The notes under the pieces were generated by a model. That model was not told the DNA's origin, made no database searches, and was given only the letters and a program-made list of their open reading frames with translations. The position numbers and the translations under genes are program-made. Below, piece by piece: positions 27,606 through 39,493 of a stretch of DNA of 64,000 bases. The stretch's first letter is position 1. Every line of letters begins with the position of its first letter. Source of the stretch: Proteromonas lacertae (taxonomy: Eukaryota); the NCBI GenBank assembly GCA_002245135.1, contig NGBS01001186.1:1-64000 (forward strand), given 5' to 3'.

Positions 27606-30600
27606 ATGTTGCATTTGATAGATGAAGTGTTATATGCTAAATTAGCATGTGATATGAAAGTATTATAATTAATTTATTTTTATTAGGAGAAAGAGAGAAT
27701 AGAAAGAAGTGTTAATGAGTTAGATTTAGTTGTAGAACATGAAACTGATATTCAAAAGTTGAAAGTGTTTAATGTATGTGAAATGAAAGAGAAGCGAATA
27801 TTAAAATTGTTAGAGAATAAGTGTTTGTTGTTAGTTTGTTGTTCCTCCTTCATTTGTCGATATAGAGTGTATGATATGAATGATTATGATTAATATATGA
27901 TATATTGCAGAGAATATTACAGTAGAGACTTGAAAGAGATAGTTTCTAAAAATTGCTTATGTGTGAATGAAATATGTGATATAATAAGTTCAATATGTGA
28001 TGATGTAATGGTATTGAATGAAAATGAGATTGTAGTAGGTAATTTGAAGAGTAGTAATGTAATATATGAAGAGAATGGTGTTTTAAAGTTATGTGATTTA
28101 TTCTTGAATGAAATAAGAAAAGAAGAAGATATGAGATTGTATGATATATGCTTCACAAGTCCAGAAGAATTGAATGGATATGAATGTGATGATGTAAGTG
28201 TGATTTGGTCAATTGGGTGTATATTATATGAAATGATGTTTAAGAAATTACCATTTTCAGAAGATGATAATATTTATAAAACCAAAGAGAATATTGTGAG
28301 ATGTAAATACAGTATAGATGTAGAATGTGATGGTAGAATGAATGAGATGATATATAAAATGTTGAAAGTGAAGAATGAAGATAGAATGAGTTTAAAAGAG
28401 TTGAAGAAAGAAATGATAAAAATGAGTGAAATATTGATAGATGAAAGTGATAATATGATGATATGTGAAGAAAGAAAAGAAATGTTATATAATAATGATA
28501 TTGTAATTATAAAATTTCCAATAACATATCCATTAGAGCTGTATTATAAAAGTGAATAAAGAAAAATGATTAGAGATAATTTGATAGAATCCTACAATAT
28601 TCAACCAAATGAAAGAATATTGTCAATATTATTGATGATGAAATTATTTAAAGATGATAAATCAATTCAATATAGATTGAAATTTCAAATACATCATAAA
28701 TGTAGATATGGAGAATGTAATTTAGATGAGATAATATTTAAGATAGAAAGAAATTATTTAGATAAAGAAATGATAAAAATAGAATCATATTGTATATGTT
28801 TGTGTGAAGAAGGACTGAATTATTTATTTAGAATATTGAGAATAATCAATCCAACTAAGCTGTTATTTTGTATTTTTCTATATATTGTTATTTGTATAGA
28901 TTATATTCACATACCAATTATTCGTCAATCATTGTTTATATCATATTTGACTGGATTATCAAATCTACAAACATTAGATTTATCAAGTTGCAATCTTACT
29001 TCTTATTTCATTGAATCATTTGTTAAATCAATTCCATTAATGAAATTGAAATATTTAGATCTTCATTGTATTTATAATCATATTGTTATTTTATGAAATA
29101 GCTAATCCAATTGGTGTGAAAGGATTTAAATTGTTACTTCCATATTTGAATTTATTAATCAACAAAGATAATGAATTAGATCTTTATGGAATGAAATTAA
29201 ATGATGAATGTATGATGTTATTATCATCAGAATTATATAAATATCCAAATCTTAAGAAAATTGATATTACATACAACCAAAACATTCATTTGATAGGATT
29301 AAAAGCCTTATTCTCCAAATTTCGAAATATATATTGTGATGTTAGTAAAGAATTACTGATTGATAAAGACATTCCTGAATTATTCAAATACATAAACCAA
29401 TACAATGAATTATATCTGAGTAATTTAGAAATTGATGATGATATTTTCAAAAGATTCATTTCATTAAGATCAAATGAATTGAAAGAAATAAAAAAGTTAT
29501 ATTTGAGTTGTATAATTTGATAATTTTATTATTATATAGATAATAAACTAACATATGAAAGTATAGAAATATTGATAAACAATTTGTCTTCATTTTCAAA
29601 TCTTAAATATCTCAAATTATATGGAAATGAAATAAGAGATGAAGGAATGAAAATATTATCTCCACATTTACATTTATTAAGTTATTTTCATGAGATTAAT
29701 TGTTCAAGTATAAATACTATCTTTTAATATTCAATAGAAATGGGATTATCTTCAATTGGATTGAAGTATTTATTAGATGGTTTAAAGAGTATTCATCAAA
29801 AGATCAGATTTGAGATAAGTGATAATAATATACATTCATCAGGAATAGAAATCTTGATGAATTATATGAAAGAAAATGATAATATTAAAGAATTGAATAT
29901 TCAAAGTATATTTATTGTAGTTTTTAATTTGTTTAATAGATAATCCAATTGGTAATGCTGGATTTAAGCTATTAATAGAGAATATAAAACTGCTTATATA
30001 TGATTACTATTTAGATTTAACCAACATCTCAATAGATGATGAAAATGTGATATTATTAGCTGATGAGATATATTCAATTTCTTATTGTTGTTCACTAGAC
30101 TTAAGTGGAAATAATATCAGAATGAATGGATTAAAATCAATTTGTTCCAAATCATTAGAAAAAGAAGAATATCCATTTATAGAAATGAAATGTTCATCAA
30201 GGAGAAAAGAAGAATTGGAATATTATTTGAATTATTGTATTAAAAAGAATAGAAAAGGTTATGAAAAATGTTATGATTTTTCCAGTATATTATCTGTGTT
30301 TATAATGAAATAGATTTAAATCTGAATGATTCTTATATTTCATTAATAAAACAGATTGATTATGAAGAACTTGTTTTATCCAATAACAAGATTAGTTGTA
30401 ATGGATTAAAAGAATTAACAGATTCTTTTCCAAAAGATGTTGTATATATTTCAATTCATAATAATGAAATTGGAGATGAAGGAATAGAGATAATATGTAA
30501 ATATTTAGATAAATTCCTCATAAATTCATCATTAAACATCTCAAGTATTTAAAATTCTGTATTCTATTGTATTGTATATAGAAATTGGAATGAGTGAAAA

Positions 30601-30883
30601 AGGATTGATGATGTTAATAGAAAGATTAAAAGATAATAAACCATTGACAAATATAAATTTATCAGGAAATGAATTAGATAAAAAAGAATTGAGATTAATG
30701 AAAGAAAACAAAGAAGTATTTGAAGATTTAGATGAATTATCAATAACATTAAAAGAAGATATAGATAAATCAGAATTAAAATCATTTTTAGAAACATTTA
30801 CATCAATTAGAAGAATAAAAGTAGATGGAATATCAGAAGAAGAAAAGGAAGAACTATCAAAAGAATACTGGAATGTTAAATAA
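27606..30883 (+). pseudogene. Pseudokinase + LRR gene, copy 3 (full span, two in-frame TAA)
   Basis: Colinear with copies 1 and 2. In-frame TAA at 27891 and 28557 where the paralogs have sense codons. Splice sites look intact. Confidence 0.75.
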
Positions 30884-31726
30884 TTCAATTATTACTTGTT
30901 TTACTCTATTATTCTTTTATTTGTTAATAATGAAAATGTTTATCATACTATACATATTTTCATATTTTCTGTTAATATTAAATGCTTTTAATATTGTTTT
31001 GATCAAATTATTCAAATTACATTATCAAACCATGATCAAGCCTATATAATTTTCATTTGACTTTAAAATGTCATTGAAAGAGATTAGTGACTGAATTTGT
31101 TAATATAATAAAACAATTAAGTAAATAGATGAAGATGATATTTATAAAGTGTGTTTTATAGTATTCCTACGCGGTAATGAAAGAAAATGTTACAGTAATT
31201 GATCTATTCTTATAATATGGTGTATTGATTAGTATATTATTGTTTAATAAATGAGGTTATGAAGCTTATTGAATTTATCTAATCATAGTATATATCTTAT
31301 TTTATATACATAATTACATAAAATTTCAGGAGTATATTTTTGTTTATAGTAAATTTTTAGTTTTTTTTATTCATTCTTTTGTTTTCTATATGATATGATA
31401 TGTCCAATTTTTATTTATAGACTTATTACATGGTAAAAACTATTTTTTAATACCTATAAAGCATACTTTAAAAACTATATGAATTACAGCTTATTTAATG
31501 AATTGTATATGTTATTCATCATTCATCTATGGTATCTTTATCACAATTTATATTTATTAGATTATTTTGAGTTGAAAATATAGAAAAATAAGAAAATTTA
31601 TAAAGGTGATTTGAGGATATATCCTCATTGATCATTATTATGTTATTTTGAAAATCAAAATAATACATTATAAATAATGTTAATCATAATAAGTATAACA
31701 TAGAAAAATAGTTATTATACTAAGCA

Positions 31727-33760
31727 TTAAAGTCCTCTTTGACTTACTCCTCTTGCAAAACATGTATATATTAATGAAGACACAATTTCAACAACTGAGG
31801 ATATACCAAATACAATTCGCCACTATTTACAATAAATAATACAATTATAATACCAAATATAGAGTAGGGTTAGCTCCAATAATGTAAGATGTTAAAATAG
31901 GACAAATAATACCTGGAATAGTAGCAAAAGTATTTGAACATCCCATAATAATTCCAGCATAATGTGGACTAACATCCATCATATTTGCACTTTGCATAGC
32001 TGAAGAAAATCCAATACAAGCAACAGCTGAAGACATAAAAATAGTCATGAGTGTAAGATTGGTAGAATACGCAGATCCCATTAATGAAATAGCTGCTCCA
32101 ACTCCTCCTAACAAAACACAAAACTTTCTGAGATTAACAATTTTATGTTTACCAGATTGAATACAGAAATCAGTAACAATACTAATTAATACTTGACTTA
32201 GTGAATTAGCTAAATAGGGGAATAGAGAAATGACAGATGTCATTTTAACTGATAAATGAAACATTCCGTTGATAAATGTTGGAAGATAAGTCATCTAAAT
32301 AATGTAAATTAAATATATAAATATAAATAAATAAATACTAAAGTATACCACATCCAATTATTTGCAAAATGAATATTAAAACTAATAATAAATTCGAATA
32401 TATATATACATAGTCAACACTCCTACATTTGTTATAATAAGACTCCATGGTATTTTTTGATTCTTATTAGTCACCACTTCTACTTCAGGTGGAACAATTT
32501 GAGTTGGTTGAAGATTTATTCTTGATAATCTAACATCTCGAGTATTATTAAACTCAATGGATGAAGCTGCAACTTCTTCAATTATTTTATTCTTCTTTAA
32601 TAAATGACTAGTTTCTTCTAATCGATCTCTTTCTTTATTTTTTGATGATGATTTAGGTGAATTTGGAGAATCAGGGAATTTGATTGGTGTTATTGCAATT
32701 GATACCTCATTATTTTCATTCTCTCTTTTATCAATTTTCTTTCTTTCTTCAACAGATGAATCAGATGCATCATCATATGAACTATCAGAACTTTCAATAT
32801 CATACATATCATCAACAGCATCATCTAATTGCATATATTTTTTACCTTTTGTTTTCTTTGTCTTATTCTTCTTGCCTTTCACTTTTTGTTCTTTCATTAC
32901 TTCTATTTTCTCTAATGCAGATTCTCTATCCATTCTTTCCATATCTTTTTCAGCTTGTTTTGTAAACTCATCAATAGTATGAATTATCATATTCTTCTCT
33001 TCAATACTAATTCTAGGATCTTCTTGTGGTGTAGAATACACATAAAAATAAAACCAAATATACCATATTATATTCACCACAAATATAACATAATAAACAC
33101 CTCTCCATCCCCATTTACTATCACAGATATAACCACATATTGGCTGACCAAATGCCATTCCTAATGGTGAACCAGCATAGGCTATAGAGACTAACATTGT
33201 TCTTTCTGTTGGAGGAGACCATCTTGCCATTAATGCTGAAACTGATGGACAGACAAATGCATTGATTATTCCTGCTAAAGCATTTAATCCAATCCTAATC
33301 AACAAAATTATATTGATTAATACAATATTAATGGATATCCTCCTAAAAATGGCACTGCTAAACATAGTACTGATGCTAACATAACACCAAGACTGAATGA
33401 GGGAGTAAATAGTTAAGAAATCAGAAATTTATATCACCAGTTAATATCAAAAAGATATGCTGCTCCATATTTAGTAGCAACTATTCCGCCAATAGTTTGA
33501 GGAATTATATAACCCCAAAAATATGAAGAGAGAATGTATCCTTTTGTTGACTCTAGTTTAAAATATAAATTATGTGAATATACCTTGCCAATGAAATTCT
33601 TCCATCATTTTAATAGTCGTAACAGAGAATGATGCTCTTAGCATAAATGTCTATTTTTAATACATATTTATCAACAATACACAAAAATTGCCACAGAATA
33701 CGCATGTTGCAACTCCATATCTCTTTTTCCCCCTATTTCATTATAAAAAACACAATACAT
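31727..33760 (-). CDS. MFS anion:cation symporter (SLC17/sialin-like), copy A
   Basis: KGYILSSYFWGYIIPQTIGG, LMARWSPPTER, GWRGVYY, MTYLPTF, DVSPHYAGIIMG.SNTFATIPG. Contains an AT-AC intron and a split start codon. Confidence 0.92.
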
Positions 33761-33839
33761 TCTTCTATGAAACGACTATATTTTATGAATGAAACGACTC
33801 ACATTTCAATAATTATCCCAAAATCAATATTTTGCTGAA

Positions 33840-35119
33840 ATGAAAGTAATCGATAATGAAATCAGTAATAGAGGGATTGGAAATGATGAGATAACTTGTG
33901 TGAATAATGTGAAATATAGGGGTGGATGTATGGAGATAAATGAGAGTAATGTTAGTGATATATTGAGATTCAGTATATATTACAATGACAATCGAACAAT
34001 GAAAGTGTATAATAGTGTATTAAAAGAAAAAGAAGATAATAACGAAGATGTTGATGATTTTTTATCACAATTAAGAACTAAAGTCAATTTTATTGAAGTT
34101 AAGAAAGAAGAAATTGAAGAAGAAAATGTTTATGTTTGTTTGTTGATGATGAAAAGAATATTTCAATAATAGAAGAAATATGTGGAAAAGATATTCTTTT
34201 TAGAATATTGAATGAAGATAATTATTTAAATTCCAAATATAAAGAATTATTAATAGAATATATAAAAGAGAATAAATTGAGTTTCGAAGAAGAAGAAGAA
34301 ATGATAAAAATAATGAAAGATAAAGAATTATTGAGTGAATTAAAAACAAAAGAAATCACATCATTTTCATATCCTCAATCAGAATATTTCTTTTTATTAG
34401 ATGAAGAAATCTCAATAATTCCATTATGTGATGGAAATCGATGTGAATTTTCAATCAATCCTTCATTACCTGATGGAATAATGATAGATCAAGAAAGTGG
34501 AATAATTCATGGAAAAGTGAATAAAGAAATCGAAAAGAGAGAATATGAAATAATATGTAAGAATATTCTAAATGAAAAGAAATTCAAAATATCATTAGAA
34601 TTTCAGATTAAATTCACAGAATTAAATAAAAGTGATGGAATATCAATATCAAATAATGGAAAATTAATAACAAATACAAATACATGTAATGGTAATAATC
34701 ATTGTTATTTAAATCTAAAAATGGAAGATGGAGTTTATCATATCAAATATAAATTTCATCAAAATAGAAGTTATAATAATGGTATTATGTTAGGATTATC
34801 AACTAATAATACATATTCTGGTAATTATATTTATGATCAATCAACAACATGTAATTATGTTGCATGGGATGGTGAAAGTGAAGATATTACTAGATATTGT
34901 GATATTGGAAGAGTTGTTAATTCAAATCCTAATATCAAAAATCATGGTGATGGTTCAATTTATGAAGTGATTGTTGATATGAATAAAAGAGAATTTTGGA
35001 TAAGTCATAATAATTCATCTCCTGTTTTACTTGTTAAAGATTTACCTTCTCCATTATATTCATATGCTCTATTATATGGATATAATTCATCAGTCGAATT
35101 ATTATCAGTTTCACACTAA
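33840..35119 (+). CDS. Intronless protein with putative Ig-like (He_PIG-type) and SPRY-like domains; one frameshift near 34140
   Basis: FSINPSLPDGIMIDQESGIIHGK resembles a putative Ig repeat. GIMLGL..GDGSIYEVIVDMNKREFWISHN..LYSYALLY resembles SPRY. The two ORFs join with one added T (VYVCFVDDEK). Confidence 0.6.
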
Positions 35120-35209
35120 AATTAAAAAAATCATTATTTCTTTATTAATTTATTCTTTTTTAATTTCATAAACACATTACCTCAACAAAAGAACAATTAT
35201 TATTTATAT

Positions 35210-37200
35210 TTATAATCCTCTTTGACTAATACCTTTAGCAAAGCATGAATATAAAGCTGCACTTAATACTAATATTGCTGTTGCTATTCCAAATACAATA
35301 TTCCACTATTCAATATAAACGAAATCTATAAATAAAAATACTTGCATTGAGGTAGGTTTTTCACCAATTATATAAGATGTTAGAATTGGAGATATAATTC
35401 CTGGCAATGTTCCAACGGTATTTGATATTCCCATTATTATACCGGAATAATGTGGGCTAATATCCATCATATTAGCACCAATCATTGTCAAAGTTATTCC
35501 TGTTGATCCTACTGCGAATGACATTAAAATAATCATTATTGTAACGTTCTTTGACAATGCAGCAGCCATTAATCCAGCACCAGCCAACAGATTTCCAAGC
35601 ACAACGAAGAATTTTCTTATTGTTACTATCTTAAAACTACCTGATTGTATTACACAATCTGTAATGAAACTACTTACAACTTCAAGAATACTATCTGACA
35701 TATATGGAAATATTGAAATTATAGAAGTCATTGTGACTGTTAACTTAAACATTCCATTTATATATGTTGGTAAGTAAGTCATCATAGTATACCATGCCCA
35801 ATTAACTCCAAACATTAACTGAACTCTATTTAAAAAGAATAACGATAATTAATTATTATACAATGATAAAACACCTGCATTTGTAACTAATACTTTCCAT
35901 GGTATTTTTTGTTTCTTATCTTCCTTTACCATTTCTAATTCTGGAGGAATCATTTGAATTGGTCCTAAACTTATTCTTGATACTCTTGCACTTCTTGTGT
36001 TATTAAATTCAATTGTTTGAACTGTTTGAATTGCCTTTATTTCTGGTTGGCTTTTTCTTATTAAACTGGAAGTTTCTTTAACTGCAGCTGGAGATTCAGG
36101 TGATAATATTGTTCCTTCTGGAATATTTGCCTCTTCTAGATCTCTGCCTGATCTTTCTGTGTCTTGATCAGCATCATATCCTTCATTATCACTGCTACTG
36201 CTACTTTCCATATCTTCATTTACTTTTATATACTTTTTTCCTTTATTCTTTTTTGTTTTGACTTGCCTAACAGCAGTTTGTTGAGATCTTTTCATTTCAG
36301 AAGCTCTATCCATTCTTGCCATTTCCATTTCAGCTTCCTACAAAGTAATCACCAATAAAAATATATAAATACTCTTGTAGCTTCTTCTATTGATGTAATA
36401 ATCATTCTTTTTTCCTCTTCAGATATATGTTTATCTTCAGCTGGAGAAGAAGATACATATCTAGAATTTATATCAAATATAAACTATACAAATAAAACCA
36501 TATATACCACACTAAATGAAGCGCAAATATTACATAATACACACCTCTCCATCCCCAAGCTCTATCACAGATAAAACCACATATTGGCTGTCCAAGCGAA
36601 AGACCTAATGGGGAACCAGCATAGGCAATAGCTGTGAGTAATGTCCTTTCATTCACTGGAGCCCATTTAGCCATTAGAGCAGAAACAGATGGACAAACAA
36701 ATGCATTGATTACCCCTGAAATGGCATTTAATATTATTCTATTCATACATTACTACTCAATTATACAGCATAGTTGGATATGATCCAAAGAATGGGACCA
36801 ACAGACATAACACAGAAGCTAAAAATACACCCAATCCAAATGATGGAGTTGTTTATTAAGATAATTCCTTGAAATTAATGAAATATTTATCAAAAAGATA
36901 TGCTGCACCATACTGAGTAGCTACTATACCTCCAATTGTCTGTGGAATAATGTATCCCCAAAAATATGAAGATAGAATATAACCTTTTGTTGATTCTAAA
37001 GAATTATAGAGATAAAAAATATAAATACCCTGCCAATGAAATTCTTCCATCATCTTAATTGTAGTTACAGAAAATGATCCTCTTAGAACAAAAGTCTACA
37101 TTTTAAATCTCTTAACAATACACAAAAATTACCACCAAAGACACACAGTGCAACTCCAAACCTCTTCTTACCCCTAATTCAGTAAATAGTAACCATACAT
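35210..37200 (-). CDS. SLC17/sialin-like MFS transporter, copy B
   Basis: Same motifs as copy A. AT-AC intron at 36848-36901. Confidence 0.92.
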
Positions 37201-37307
37201 TCAAAGTAAGAATGAAAAATGTAAAAGCTTGAAACGATATTTGTATATTAATTTTGACATAAAAAACACAGTTACACAAATAATTTAAAATTTAAAATAA
37301 AATTAAC

Positions 37308-39344
37308 TTACATTCCAGGTTGAATTACTCCTCTTGCAAAGCATGAATATATTAAGGCACCAGATACCAAAATAGATGATGTTATTATAAATACAATTCT
37401 CCACTATAACGTATAATGCAAGATAAATATACTAAAAGAAGTGTTGGATGTTCTCCAATAATATAAGATGTTAAAACTGGACAAATAATACCTGGAATTG
37501 TTGCAATTGTGTTAGAAATACCCATAATAATTCCAGCATAATGTGGACTAACATCCATCATATTTGCACTTTGCCTATTCGAATAATAACAATTAATAAA
37601 ATACATAGATCCTGTAATTGCAGTTAATCCAACAGTTAAAGTCATAAAAGTCACCATAGGTATTAAATCAGTAGAATAAGCAGCTAACAATAAAGCAATA
37701 GAAGCAGAAATATTACCAATTAATACAAATGCTTTTCTTATAGTAACAATTCTAATAAACATAGAAAAAAATGAAGTAAAAAAGAATATATATATATACT
37801 TAAATCTTCCTGATTTAATAAAACAATCTGTTATTGAACTAACTCCAATTCCAATTACAGTATTAGTGAGATATGGAAATAAAGCGATTAGTGATGATGT
37901 TGATACTGGTAACTTATACATGCCGTTAATAAATGTTGGTAAATATGTCATCATTGTATACCATGCCCAATTGCTAGTGAAATGAAGTTCAAAACTATAA
38001 TAAGAAATATATATATCACAAAAATACATTGTTAAAACTCCAATATTAGTCATAATAGTCTTCCAAGGTATATTTTGTTGTTTCTTTTGTACATGTATAT
38101 CTAACTGAGGTGGTAATTGCTGAATTGGTCCAAGATTCATTCTTGATATTCTTGCTTCTCTAGAGTTATTAAACTCAATCTTATCTAAAGGTTGTATTTT
38201 ATTATTGTTTAGTAATTGGATTGATTCTTCTTCTATTGAGATATCTGGATCAGGTGATTCATGATATTTAAATGATTTTTTCCCTACACTACTGCTACTT
38301 CTGTTACTTTTATTATTATTATTATTATTATTAATCTCATTTTCATCATCACCTTCATATTCTTCTTCTTCATCAACAGCAATCTGAGTGTATTTCTTAC
38401 CTTTTCTTTTGATAATTTTCTTCTTTTTATCTTTATTCATCTTTCCACTTTCTAAATTTTGACTTTCATCAATACTACTCATTTCAATTTCCACATTCTA
38501 ATATTAATAATATAAATATTAATAAATATATACTTCAGCAGATGCAATTGAATTAATAATCATATTCTTTTCTTCAATCGATATATAAGGATCTTGTTCA
38601 GGTGAAGAATATACAAAGAAATAAAACCAAATATACCATACAACATGAAGTACAAATATAACATAATAAACACCTCTCCATCCTAAATCACTATCAGTTA
38701 TATAACCTGATAAAGGTTGACCTAATGCCATTCCTAAAGCATTTCCTGAGAAACTGATTGAAGCTAATAATGTTCTTTCTGCTGGTGGTGCCCATCTACT
38801 GACTAGTGCAGATACTGCTGGCGTTACAAATGCATTGACTATTCCAGATAATGCGTTTAATAAACTTCTATTTGATTTATTAGTGTATTGGTTTATACAG
38901 AATCAATGGATGATTATTAACAATTGGAATTCCTACACAGAATACATCAGTCAGTAGAATGCCCATTCCAAATACTGGTTTGAAAGAATATTAAGAAGCT
39001 TTTATAAATATGAGAATGATATGAGAAAAAGATATGCTGCTCCATATTTTGTAGCTACAACACCTGCTATGATCTGTGGAAATATATATCCCCAAAAATA
39101 TGACGATAAAAAGTAACCTTTTGTTGATTCTGTTAATAATATAATTATCAAATAAATTACCTTCCCAATGGAATTCTTCAGTCATTTTAATAACAGTGAC
39201 AGATATAGAAGATCTTAATACCATTGTCTATTAAAATGATTGATAATATATGCGAAAAATACAACAAAATTCCCCATAAATATACATATTGCAACCCAAT
39301 ATCTTTTACTTTTCCTAGATTAAATAAAGCATTCCTCTATACAT
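37308..39344 (-). CDS. SLC17/sialin-like MFS transporter, copy C
   Basis: Same motifs as copy A. AT-AA intron at 38980-39035. Confidence 0.92.
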
Positions 39345-39493
39345 TTTTATAGAAGAAATACAAATATAAAAAACGAATATAATTTTGGAACAACAGAAAA
39401 GAGAATGATTGTTGCATTTCATTATTCTATCATCTATCCGTACTAATAGTCCATCAAACAAACAGAACATTGAATTTAAAAAAGTTAAATAAT

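Noticed and set aside
27891..28559. Stop-codon reassignment (TAA as sense)
   Set aside because: Conserved genes end in TAA or TAG and ORFs over 2000 codons contain no in-frame TAA. The stops are confined to decaying copies.
31612..31627. Palindrome TGAGGATATATCCTCA in the 0.8 kb intergenic gap
   Set aside because: An isolated AT-centred palindrome with no supporting structure or second copy.
34135..34144. Blastocystis-type TGTTTGTT signal and polyadenylation-created stop codons
   Set aside because: Every reconstructed gene has a genomic stop. This motif lies mid-gene at a frameshift, and another copy is inside a UFC1 intron.
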